Shown here: one piece after another, positions 52,375 to 64,000 of the stretch
Position numbering within the stretch: the first letter of the stretch is position 1
Layout of the letters: every line of letters begins with the position of its first letter
DNA from: Felis catus
Lineage: Eukaryota
Length of the DNA stretch: 64,000 nt
Assembly: GCF_018350175.1 (NCBI RefSeq)
Contig: NC_058368.1
Span: forward strand, 50,531,815 to 50,595,814
Reading direction: 5' to 3'
Notes under the pieces: model-generated
Seen by the model: the letters and a program-made list of their open reading frames with translations, nothing else
Databases searched by the model: none
Told to the model about the DNA's origin: nothing
Program-made: the position numbers and the translations under genes

Positions 52375-53204
52375 AACAATATTTTTTAAAATAAATATAA
52401 CCATGTTGAAACAGTGATTCACAAAATTATTGCTTTAGTACATTTCTGTATGATTGGGAGTTAATGAATTGTTTAGACACAGAACTTCTTACAGTTACAT
52501 AAAACAGTTTGTTAGCATTTACACAAGACCTATTCTTTGCAAGTTCCAAACTTTACAAACATTAAGGTTGCAAATAAACCCCCCTGTAAAACTTCTGTTT
52601 TAAGGCCAAGAATCATTATTATAATTATTATTTTTTTTTTGTATGCATCACTAATTGTTGACTTTCTGCTTGGGGCTACTTTCCCCACATATGACTTTTT
52701 ATCAGTTAAAATTATGTGAGGTTGACTGGAGAACACGTATGGCACTTGCAGAGGAGGCCCTTGAGTCCACTAGTTTACCTGCCATCTAAGTGGTCCTGAA
52801 GGTTGCTAGCCATGTGGGAGAGAGACAAATTATTGTATCATCAAACTTAAGGTCAATTCAGATAATAGCTTTCAATATAAAATCTAAGAATGCTGTACTA
52901 TAGTATATGAAAAAAATCATATCTCTATATTTTTAACATACATATTTGGCAATATCTCTCTTTCCAAACAATACAAAGATCTTAGAAATAAGTCCATTCA
53001 CCCCTTGCATCTTCCACGTTATTGTTTTCTAGTATTATTGTCCCCCTTCTTTTGTATCACTTTGCCTCATAATTAGTCATTAACATGTTTGTATCAAAAT
53101 TGGTCATTAATGTGATTAGAAGGACTGTGATCTTTATTCTAAGAGCAGTGGGAAGCGTTTACTTCCAAAAAACAGAGAGATGACAAAATCAGATGTGCAT
53201 TTTT

Positions 53205-53408
53205 AATTTTTTTAAAGTTTATTTATTTTTGAGAAACAGAAACAGAGCATGAGTGGTAGAGGGACAGAGAGGGAGAGAGAATCCCAAGCAGGCTCCAGGC
53301 TCCTAGCTGTCAGGACAGAGCATGACACAGGGCTTGAACACTTGAACCACAAGATCATGACCTGAGCCGAAGTCAGATACTTAATTGAGTGAGCCACCCA
53401 GGCACCCC
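53205..53408 (-). mobile_element. CAN-SINE within an L2 relic
   Basis: Degenerate 16-bp TSD at 53189-53204 and 53409-53424. Confidence 0.93.
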
Positions 53409-53783
53409 TCAGATACGTGTTTTTACAAGGTCACTCTTAGAAGCATTGTAGGAAACGTTGGTTTGAAGGGAGCAGTTAGTAAAGGGAGACTGGTCAGGCA
53501 GCTAATACAGAACTTCAAAAATTAGGTAAAAGTGATTTGGGTGGCAGTTGTAGTAGAGACTAAGACTAGTTATAGAAAGACTAAAGTTTTTCTCCAGCAT
53601 CTCCTCTCCTAATGACTGAGACTCTAGATGGGCAGTCAACCTACTCTCTTTAAAATATAAACCCCATATTTCCTTCTGACAGTGCAGAGAGGCAGAGCCT
53701 TTACTCTGCAATGATAGTGACTCCTCTGTTTTCTAAGTGTCCCCTGAGGCAGACATCATTACACCTTTTAAAAGATTCATTTA

Positions 53784-54030
53784 GGGGTGCCTGAGTGGCT
53801 CAGTTGGTTAAGCATCCGACTTTGGCTCAGGTCATGATCTCACCATTCATGAGTTCAAAGCCCTGCATCGTGCTCTGTGCTGTCAGCTTAGAGCCTGTAG
53901 CCTGCTTCAGATTCTGTGTCTCCCTCTCTCTCTGCCCCTCCCCGCCTCACACTCTATGCCTTTCTCTCTCAAAAATAAATAAGCATTAAAAAGAAAATTT
54001 AAAAAAGATGTTTAAAAAAATAAAAAAATG
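53784..54030 (+). mobile_element. CAN-SINE
   Basis: TSD aaagattcat[t/g]ta. Confidence 0.94.
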
Positions 54031-55287
54031 AAAGATTCATGTAATAATATCTACTTCATTGTTACAAAGTTTAAAAGGGATAGATTATTTGAAAGGTCTT
54101 TGGAAACTATAATCATTTTATTATGCTTATGAAACAGCAAAATGCACAAACCCTAACTAATATCCCTCCATCAATATTTATTCATCAAACACTTCCTTTG
54201 TGTTTGACCCTGTGCGGGGCATCATGGAAAAACTAAACGAAATTTGTGCACATATTAGTGTGTGATTTAAAGAAGTGTTTAAATGTAAATAAAATTAAGG
54301 GAACACTAAAAATAATGAGACGGATGTAGACCTTAGACTCCAAACATAGATCATGTTTCTGTTTTAAATCTTCGAGAACTGTGCTGAGTTAACCTTGAAA
54401 TACAATTCATCTCCTCTTGATTTTTTATTTAGAAGTGTCGATTGCCCTAGGGAGTGAATTATCATCTTGTGAGTGAACTTGAGAAGTTTCTGGTAGAGAT
54501 TTCCCAGCAGTTGGAACCCAGCTGATTACTATATCTGCCCAATGTCATGGCCAGATCCTCATGTTTATGTTTCATTGTAATCCAATTGGGTAAACACAAT
54601 CTTAAAGGTTTACAGATAGCAGAGGTTCCAAGAGCCTTAATTTCTTTTTGTATGTTTCTTCCTGTAATGGAAGATTCTGCTCACAGGAAAAAATGAACAA
54701 ATAGATTATATTCTCAGTAAAATCATTCCAAACTCATCTAAACTGTCTCTGGTTCCTTCTCATTTCTGCCACAGCCTTCCTAATCTAGACCAGGTTGTTA
54801 CTGAGAGCGCATTTACTTGTCCTTTATGAAAACACTATTTGTATTATCACTGAGTCTGTGGTGCTGCAGTTAGGTCTGTGTTCCAGTGAATATAAAGGTC
54901 AAACTTCCATAAAGCAAATACATTTTTGGGGAAAAACTAAAGTAAACTTTTTGTTTCTCACTTATGGAATGTCAGACGATTTGTGAATAGAGTTGATTAT
55001 ATACACTCATCTTTATTTGACCTAAATTTCATTTTAGAATTTGCTAAAAGATAGAGTTCAGTCATGGTATAAAAGGTTATGGATTAATATTTTTGAAATT
55101 ATCAAAAGAAATTTATGTGCAGAGAAGGTATCAGAAGATATGTATTTTAGTTCTTGTTTTTGTACAAATCCCAAATGTCTCAAAAACCTTAAAAAGACTA
55201 TCAGGAATCATCCTGCAAAAACACTGGGACCATGCCTTGGGGTTTTGATTTTAGTCTAAAAGCAATTGTGAGCCCCTATAGACTTTT

Positions 55288-55646
55288 TTTTTAAATTTTT
55301 TTTCAATATATGAAGTTTATTGTCAAATTGGTTTCCATACAACACCCAGTGCTCATCCCAAAAGGTGCCCTCCTCAATACCCATCACCCACCCTCCCCTC
55401 CCTCCCACCCCCCATCAACCCTCAGTTTGTTCTCAGTTTTTAAGAGTCTCTTATGCTTTGGCTCTCTTCCACTTTAACCTCTTTTTTTTTTCCTTCCCCT
55501 CCCCCATGGGTTTCTGTTAAGTTTCTCAGGATCCACATAAGAGTGAAACCATATGGTATCTGTCTTTCTCTGTATGGCTTATTTCACTTAGCATCACACT
55601 CTCCAGTTCCATCCATGTTGCTACAAAGGGCACTGTTGGTGGGAAT
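55288..55646 (-). mobile_element. Young felid L1 3' end with a short 5' inversion
   Basis: Perfect 16-bp TSD gcccctatagactttt (55272-55287, 55647-55662); felid L1 3'UTR (tccatacaacacccagtgctcatccc). Confidence 0.93.
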
Positions 55647-56272
55647 GCCCCTATAGACTTTTAAACAGAGGGAACATGTGATGAGATGCATTTTTTTAGA
55701 AAGACCACTTACTTTTTTAGTTCTGTGAAGGATAATTTGAAGCGATGAAACTAGAGCTCCATGGGTGAGCTGGGAATTTACTATGATAGTAACATAAGAA
55801 ATGATGATTGTTCAACTAGGGCAATGAACTGAGATTAAGGAGTAGATTTAGGAGATAAAGGTGATAAAAATTCGGTGATCAGCTGGTTAGATGATAGAGA
55901 GAGGGAATGGATTATGATTTTAGCAATAGGAATGGAGAAGGGATGGAGATGAGAACATTTCAGAAAAACTGAAAGATGTTTTTTCTCCCAGTATAGCAAG
56001 GAAAATTCTGATCTCAACGAAATTATGGGCCTACTTGGGAAGACGTTTTGTTGTATGTGTTGTTCAAGAACCACAAATTATATGCCAGCAATTCCATAAA
56101 CCGTTATATTTTCATTATATTTTATTGTACATATCACAGATACATATTCATTTTGATGGCAAACAAATGTTTCTGCATAAAAAATAATTTTATAACCTGT
56201 TGTAATTTTAGTGTAAAGGATAAAATTCCTCTGGTAGCTAAGTTGCAAAAAGTTTTGCTCTACAACATTAAC

Positions 56273-56273
56273 G

Positions 56274-56305
<32 letters not shown>
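56273..56305. repeat. (GTT)11 microsatellite
   Basis: Directly visible. Confidence 0.95.
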
Positions 56306-56306
<1 letters not shown>

Positions 56307-57134
56307 TCAAATAAAGGAAAGGGAAAGGGAATCCAAATTTTCCATTCACACAAACAGAAGACAACTTTATCACAAACTACCCATTGAATTTATTTTTTCT
56401 TAAGTTTAAAAATTTGTCATTTGAATGTTAAAAAGAAAAGAGGGGCCATAGGGCTATTTTAGGAAGAAATTAGGAACTTTCCCGTTGCAGAAAATTACAA
56501 GGTCCCTGAAGGGTAGTTTTTGATATTTTTCTTTCTTCTGCTGCTAAGTACAATAGCTTGACAAAGCAAATGAATTCTTTTTCCATTGAAACCAGTAAGT
56601 CCCTACCATCTGCATTTCCATTAAGTGATTTGTCCAGACTCTGGTTATTTCACGAATAATCCACAATGAAATCCTTCTTTTACATCTTTTCTGTTATAAA
56701 AATTCCTTTTCTAAAGCATTACATGCCACTTCCCTAACACCTGCTCAGTATTATCCTGTGCTCTGTCCTAAGCAAAAGCTTTTGTTCTCTGTTTAAGAAA
56801 TACCTACTTATGGCTAGCTCCCCACTTTCTAGTTCTTTGTTTTTTTCTCCAAAATTTTCTCTCAAGCTACTTTCTGCATTTGGTTCAAGATTCACTTGGA
56901 CATCATCTCCTCCAAGCACCAATGCTTGGGCCTAATGCACCCACTTTGTGTGCTCCTTAGCACCCTGTGAATGGTTCTATCATTTTGCTTCACTCTCTTT
57001 TACTGAAATTATCTAAATAGACCTCCTTCCCATGGAACTGAAATTCTTTATGGCAAGTTGCTGTATAAAACCTGATACAAAACTGTACTGATACAAACGG
57101 TACTGGTATCACAGCATCAGCCTCTATCATTAAT

Positions 57135-58986
57135 CATTAAGGTAAAGTCTGATAATGAAAAATCTTTTAGTTTTTCTTCATCTGAGAATGTTTTTATTAC
57201 CCCTTAGTTCCCAAGGATAGTTTCACTAGGGATAAAACTCAAACTCATGATTGACTGTTCTTCTATTACAGCATTTAAACAAACATTGTGTCACTTCCTA
57301 ATGGCCACCATAGACTCAGGTAAGCTGTAATTTTTTTTTTGACTCATTTTAAGATATTTTCTTTGCTTTAGTTTCAGAAGTTTAATTATGAAGTGTCTTG
57401 ATGTGGATTTCCTCAACTTCATGAATCTGTAGGTTTGTTTCTTTTGCCAAATTTGAGATATTTTCAGACTTTATTTCTTTACTTTTTCATCTCTTATATC
57501 TTTTGCTGCTCAATGGGACTCCAAGGATAAGAATGTTGGATCTTGTGTTATTGTCTCACAAATCCCTGAAGATGTGCTCATTTTTGTTGTTGTTGTTGTT
57601 GTTTAGCCTATATTCTCTGTTGTTCAGACTGGCTGAGTCCTATTGTTCTGCCCTCAAACTCAGATCTATCTGCCATCATCTCCACTTTACTATTGAGCCC
57701 ATCCATTGAGTTTTTAAAACTTATTGTATTTTTCAATTCTATAGTTTCCATTTGTTTTTTAATTCTAACTTCTGTTTCTTTTCTAAGGTTTTCTGTTTCT
57801 CATTTCAAGATATATCATAATTATTTGTTAACACATTTTTATGATGGTTACTTTAAAATCCTTGTGAGATAATTCCAACATTTTATTAATTTCACTGTTA
57901 GCATTAGTTGATTATCTTTTTGCATTCAGGTTGCAGTTCTCCCTGGTTCTAGATATGATGATGATTTTTTATTGTTATTTTGAACATTTTGGCTACTGTA
58001 TATGAAGACTCTGTTTAAATTCTTTTATTTAAATTATTTTATTTTAACAGAAAGACACCCTGTTTAGGGTTGGCATGCAAGCCCTAGTCTTCTTTAACAA
58101 TTCAGTTACATGTAATCTTAGCCAAAAGACTGAGAAGTGATAATGATTCAATTAAAGTCTAGTTTTCAGAAACTATGTGGTGCTATGTTGGTCTGTTGGT
58201 TTATTTCATGTCACTGGGGCTTTACTGGTCCCCAGTGATGCCACTTGAGAAATCTGAAGGAGCTTACCAGCCAGACTGCCTTTTCCTGCTAGACTGGTGA
58301 AAGGATTCTTGGGCCCATGAGACAAAACAGTGCTTCCTGAGCTGAGAGCTTGTAGTGGTGTGTTGCCCCCTGCATATGAAGGACAGAGAGGGTTTTCCAG
58401 GCAGAGTGTTTGTTGGGGAGTGATCCGCTATGTTGGTGCCCTCCAGCTGCACAGAGTCTTCAGATGGGAGAGGAGAATCTCAAGCCTGGCTGAAGAGATG
58501 AGAAACTCCTGGTCTGGGTACTTGTTGTGGTGCTAACCACCTTGCCATATCTCCTGGAAGCATGGTTTTTCTGGGAGGGAGATCAGAGTCATAGGACCAG
58601 TGGCAAAACGGAATACCTTCTTTAGCTGCTTATTAACAGTAGCACTTCCAGTTGATCCCTCTTGCTGGTTCTACTGGATGCACCTGGTGTTGTCAGAGGC
58701 CCTCTCATTGGATCTCCGGTAAGAATTAATTTATCTGGGATACCCTTTGTTGCTAGTTTGGAAATCAAGAAACACTAGGCGTACCTTCTTCTGGTGGCTG
58801 TGGGCTTACAAGATGTCCTGCTATTGTGCTGCTCTCTAGCCCTGGGATCTCTCACCAATTCATCTTCCTCTTCCAATTTTTAAAGTTCTTTGATTGTCTG
58901 TTGGTTTGTTTCCAGAGTTTATTGTTATATTTAGTGCAGAGGAGCAGGGAGAACCAAGTCTTCAACATGTCATAATGGGGAGTTCC
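57135..58986 (-). mobile_element. Old L1 (L1MC/MD-like) 5'UTR/ORF1 region
   Basis: catctgagaatgtttttatt...aaggatagtttcact; ttgccaaatttgag; ctattgagcccatccattgagttttt. Confidence 0.65.
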
Positions 58987-59349
58987 ATTATTACACATAC
59001 AAATTCAAAATTTGATGGTCAAGTTTGGTGTGCCCTTACACATATACTATCTTTCTTCAGACTATGTGCAGAAATGTTCCACAGTTATGTAAGTAAGGCT
59101 TGGAACAGAGAGTGGGTAATTGGAATCCCTAAATGTCAGGAACATTCAGATGGTATCACTTGCAACTGTGTCCATCTGGGTGAAGGTTTATAGGATCCAG
59201 AAGTTTGCAGTGGGACCTGGAAAATGTTGTTATTTCACTGTAGTACATTCTGACTCTAGTACATACCTTCTGATTCCTTTAGATCAGGGTATTTTATTTG
59301 TTTTACCTATATAATTAGTCAAAACCAAAAATGGTAGCAAGTGAAAAAT

Positions 59350-59510
59350 TCTTGAAGATTTTAGAGACCATTCAACGTCATTTTGTAGATGAGAAAAATT
59401 GAGGCCAAAGAGTTTTATCAGCTTTCTCCAGTAGAGCCAAACAGCAAGGGAACAGGATTCGATCTCAAGTTTTATGACTTTTGCTTAGTGCTTTTCTTAA
59501 TATACCATAG
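59350..59510 (-). mobile_element. MIR relic
   Basis: cattttgtagatgagaaaaattgaggcc core. Confidence 0.7.
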
Positions 59511-60684
59511 AAATAAATAATAATGATTCAATGCACTTTCACTATCAAATGTATTATACTAACTTCTTCACAATCTTTTTCTGTACACATTTAATTTGCC
59601 TGCATATTTGGTTCTCTTGTGCCCTATAAAAAGCATACCTATTGTGTTATTTATGAGTAAAGCATAAACAAAAATTTTAAATGATGCCCAGTAATAAGAG
59701 ATAATTTCTTAGTTTCCACCACTCATCCCAAGTAGTTTCCAGTCTGGTGAGAGATGCAGACATGTAAACTCACTATAATGTAAGACCTTGTGAAGCAACT
59801 GGTTAAAAAAAAGAGTTGTCAAAGTATTGTCAAAGAAGATTGGAAAAGTGGTAAAAATCCTAGGAATTCAGGGCCAAGGAACTAAGAGATGTCCTAATGG
59901 TTGAATAAGAATTAAACAGTTGGAGTAAAGCAAAGGCATCCCAGGCTGAAAAAAATGGGATGAAAGACATGGAAGCAAGAAACTTTATCCCAGCTTTTTT
60001 CTAAGTGTCAGGACATGAAGCCTCGCTCTGGTTCTAAACCCAGTAGGTCTAAAATGGACTTGATCATCTTAACAACCCTCAAATGTGTTTCTTCCTTTTT
60101 TCCTTCAACAATGTTCAGTCTCTTTGTCTGGTAATCTGTCTAAATGCAGTTCACACCCTTCTATTTTTGTTTTTCATCAGGTGACCACAAAACTCTTGCT
60201 AGGTCTCCGTCTCCCCATGATGTGTCTCCTGGATACTGTCATTGTTCTCCCTTTATTCAGTCCTAGTCTAGGCCCTTGTTATTGTTCATACAAACTAATG
60301 TACTTACTGCCCAAATAGTTTCTTCAACTCAAATCCCTCACTTTTTCCAGATCATCTTACTTGATTCTCCTTTGCCAGATTTACTTTTTCGAAAACAAGT
60401 GGCATTATATCATTTTCCTCATCAAAATCTTTGTTATTTATTTATTCATTTATTCACAATTGTTTAATTACATACTATATGCCAGACATTGTGTATTAAT
60501 TGCCTACTGAATAAAATCCAAACACATGGATCAGCCTGTGTCATCTGACCCCAGACTCCCACCCATGTTCTGGATTCCATCTCTTCTGACTCCTCCTGGA
60601 CTTTGTTCCCTTGGTTCTTCCTTCCCTTCATTTCCAAGCATTTTTACTTATAAACACACTCATGTCTCATCATTCAAAAATAAC

Positions 60685-60688
<4 letters not shown>

Positions 60689-60730
<42 letters not shown>
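60689..60730. repeat. (AC)21 microsatellite
   Basis: Directly visible. Confidence 0.97.
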
Positions 60731-60732
<2 letters not shown>

Positions 60733-60829
60733 CCCAAGTTTTATCACTATCTACCTTCTTGAAATATTAGTCTTCTTGTTTCTGTTTTCTCCATACAAGT
60801 TCCACATTTTTCAAATTTCCAGTATATAT

Positions 60830-61285
60830 CAGTGAAAGTTTTTTAGCAGTGACGTGACATAATTAGACATGTATTTTATAGACTGTATATCTATACTATT
60901 AGAGACAGATTGAATAGGAGAAAGGATGCAGGTCTATTTCAATAACTATTGCAATTGGCAAGTTACATCTCTAGGCAAGAGATGATGGTGGCATGAATTT
61001 GGGTGGTAGTTGTGGGGGTAGAGACAGAATGTAATGATTTAAAAAAATTGAAAAAGATAAAAATCCAAAGAAATTGGCTACTGACCGGATATTATAGAAA
61101 GGAAAAGGAACAGTCAGGGGTGTCCTCCGGTAGTCTAGCATGAATAAGTCAGAGGAAAATCATTTGATATCGTAAAACCCTAGAAAATTAGCAAGGTGAG
61201 CTTTAGATATTACATATTAAGTCAGGATGCAAATGAGACATATCAAGGAAGATGTTGAGTAATGCAATATGTGTGAGTCTCACAC
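60830..61285 (-). mobile_element. L2 relic
   Basis: aggcaagagatgatggtggcatgaattt...ggtggtagttgtgggg. Confidence 0.6.
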
Positions 61286-61287
61286 TT

Positions 61288-61772
61288 GTGGTTGATTGGA
61301 AAAATGACCAATAATTATAGCTCCCCATCCATGACCTTTGGTAGTACTCAGCTGTACTCACTTTAGGCTGGCATTGATTTGGCCAATGGCACATTAGCAA
61401 GCATGATCCCAGCAGAAGTTTGAAAACCTCACATACAACGATGCTGACCCTCTTGCTATCCTTAGGAACTTTGTGATTGACCACAATATGATAAAACCCA
61501 GGATATCTTGCTGAATGATGAACCACTGGTTCAATCATCCCCATTGCTTGAGCCCACAGCATGTCAGGCATGAGATTGAAGCAATCCTAGTTCCTCCAGC
61601 CCCATCAAGCTTACTGCTGACAATAGTCACTAGCTCAGCAAAATTAACTGAACTGATCCAGATAAAACAATCACCCAGAAGGCCTACAGAATCCTATGCT
61701 AAATAAGCAGAAATTATTTTAAGCCAATATATTTTGTAATGATTTGTTATGCAGCAAATGCTAATTGACACA
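61288..61772 (+). mobile_element. MaLR LTR (MLT1G/H-like)
   Basis: tttggccaatggcacattagcaagcatga...ttttaagcca...tttgttatgcagcaaatgctaattgacaca. Confidence 0.8.
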
Positions 61773-62821
61773 ACCTTCTGGGGATATGGTAATAGTAGTT
61801 AAGATATAAAGAGCTCATTCTGTGTTAGCATAGTGTTGAACATATTACATGGGTAAACTAAACAACGTAAGTAAAACTTTCACATAAATAGAAGTTTGAC
61901 GATGTTAAAATATAAAAATAAAGAGTTAAATTATTCATTTTATGAAGTTTAAAGTGTTAGTATTTAAAGAAGAGGAATTAAGTATTTACTCAAAGCTACT
62001 CAGTTACTACATGACAGAATTGGAAGAAATATGAGGATATCTAAACTATAAACTTTCTAAGTCTACAAATTGTGGAATTTCAAGAGTATATAGCTTTGGG
62101 TTTACTGGACACTCCGAAGTTATTGGTTATGGTAAAATGTTACTTTAGTTTGCAGCCTTTTAGACCTTTGGTTATTTGTATTAAATGTTCCACAGTGTCT
62201 GCCAAGGTATATTTTCTACCTTGGTATTCTTCAAAATGCTAATTCTATGCTTTATGCATGCTTCATGGGCAGCAAGAAAAATTTATAGCCTTCAGATAAA
62301 ATTATAGGTGTGAAACATTCCACACATAGCAATAATTTACCATATCATTTGACTTTTTTTCTTAAAATATTGCATTCATGGAATTTTAAGTTACCAAATC
62401 AACAGGTTTTCTTAGTAAGAAGAATTATTTCATAACTGTCTTTTAAAAGGTTTTTTTAAGAAAAATAAATACAACCTGAACTTGTGAGATGAAGGTAATA
62501 ATGGTTGTGCAGTATTTTGTAATCCTTGGTCATCACTCCTTTGCTGCATTTCTGATCTAAGGTCTACATGGATGCTCCAATTAGAGTGCGTTTTAAAGGA
62601 AGATAATTTAAAGATAAGCTAACAACTAGCATGGAAGCTACGTTACCAGAAATTTAATGACATAGGGAAGTATGAGTTTCCTATTGCTACTGCAGCAAAT
62701 TACTAAAATTTAGTGCTTATAACAACATAGATTTTTTATAGTATAGTACCAGAGGTCAGCAGTCCAATATAGGTCTCACTAGATGTTTTTGTTAGCTAGG
62801 CTACCATAACAAAATACCACA

Positions 62822-63047
62822 GGGGTGCCTGGGTGGCTCAGCTGGTTAAGTATCTGACTCTGGATTTCAGCTCAGGTCATGATCTCACAGTTCATGACTT
62901 TGAGCCCTGCATTGGGCTCTGCATTGACAGCTGTGGGGCCTGTTTGGGATTCTCTCTCCATCTCTCTGCCCCTCTCCTGCTTGCTCTCTCTCTCTTTCTC
63001 TAAGTAAATAAATAAACTTTAAAAAATGTGCGATTGAAATATTAAAA
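62822..63047 (+). mobile_element. CAN-SINE
   Basis: TSD aaaata[c/t]caca. Confidence 0.93.
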
Positions 63048-63333
63048 AAAATATCACAGACTCTGTGACCTAAACAACAAAAATGTATTTTCTCACAGTT
63101 CTGGAGGCGGAAAAACCAAAGATCAAGGTGCTGGCCAGTTTGATTTCTGATGAGAGCTCTCTTCTTGACTACCTTCTCTTTGTGTCCTCAGATGGTATTG
63201 AAAGAGAGCGCACTTTTATGAGGGGTATCAGCCCTATGACTCCATCCTTATGAACTCATTTAACCTTTATCACCTCCCCACAGACCCTGTCTCTAAACAC
63301 AGTCACACTGTGGGTTAGAACTTTGGCTTAAGT

Positions 63334-63470
63334 AGGTGCCTGGGTAGCTCAGTCAGTTAAGCATCTGACTCTTGGTTTCAGCTCAGGTCATGATCTCTTG
63401 AGTTCGTGAGGTGGAGCCTGGCATCGGGCTCTGTGCTGACAGCATGGAACCTGATTGGGATTCTCAATCT

Positions 63471-63518
<48 letters not shown>

Positions 63519-63588
63519 CCCTCTATCCCTCCCCTACTTCTGTCCTACCTCTCTCTCCCTCAAAATAATACATAAACTTAAAAAAAAA
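63334..63588 (+). mobile_element. CAN-SINE
   Basis: ggtgcctgggtagctcagtcagttaag head, (CT)n tract, A-tail. Confidence 0.92.
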
Positions 63589-63766
63589 CATGTATTTGCG
63601 GGGGACACAAACATTTAGTCCATAACACAGAGCTAAAATCGAGGTGTCAGCAGGGCTGTATTCCTTTCTGCAGACTGTTGAGGAGAAGCCATTTCCTCTT
63701 CTTTTCCAACTCCTAGGGGCTGCCCACATTTATTGGCTCTCTGATCCCTTCCTTCTTGAAACCCGG

Positions 63767-64000
63767 TGTCTTAGTTTCCTAGAGCTGCCATAACAAAGAA
63801 CCACAGTATGGGTGGCTCACAATAACAGCAGTGTATTGTCTTACGGTTCTAGAGGCTAGAAGTCTGACATCAAGATGTTTGCAGGTTTGATTCCTGCTGT
63901 GGTCTGTGAGGGAGAGTCAGTTCCATGCATCTCTCTGGCTTCTGATGGTTTGTTGGTAATTTTTGGTACTTCTTGGCTTGCATATGCAACTTCAATCTTC
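63767..64000 (-). mobile_element. Third MLT1 LTR, running off the window
   Basis: tgtcttagtttcctagagctgccataacaaagaaccaca...ggttctagaggctagaagtctga. Confidence 0.8.

Larger units (their letters stand above)
62784..63627 (-). mobile_element. Inner MLT1 (A/B-like) LTR carrying two SINEs
   Basis: tg...ggctaccataacaaaatacca...ggggacacaaacatttagtccataaca. Confidence 0.8.
62670..63766 (-). mobile_element. Outer MLT1 (C/D-like) LTR, split by an inner MLT1
   Basis: ggtctcactaga (about 62772-62783) resumes as gctaaaatcgaggtgtcagcagggctg (about 63632). Confidence 0.7.

Noticed and set aside
160..63729. Supplied ORF track as protein-coding genes
   Set aside because: All ORFs are 145 aa or shorter. 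Many overlap SINEs, L1/L2/MLT relics or microsatellites, and none resembles a cellular protein I recognise.
1..64000. CRISPR array, operon or other novel multi-gene system
   Set aside because: The sequence is mammalian. Recurring repeats are dispersed SINEs with individual TSDs, not regularly spaced arrays, and no gene cluster is present.

Overview
AT-rich, CpG-poor mammalian non-coding DNA (intergenic or deep intronic), almost certainly from a felid. It carries about 24 carnivore tRNA-derived CAN-SINEs, several of the young felid SINEC_Fc type, plus L1 fragments, MaLR/ERVL/ERV1-type LTRs, hAT DNA-transposon relics, MIR/L2 relics and microsatellites. I recognise no protein-coding gene, RNA gene or CpG island; the ORFs I could place fall in SINEs, L1s or simple repeats, and the rest are short and resemble no protein I know. 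I found no convincing undescribed biological system. The best-supported observations are mechanistic: a young L1 with a twin-priming 5' inversion, repeated SINE insertion at one target site, a SINE-L1-SINE nest, and small template-switch-like inverted rearrangements. A few weak candidate non-coding exons and enhancers are also listed. Repeat family names come from recalled consensus features, not a database search, and boundaries of old repeats are approximate.
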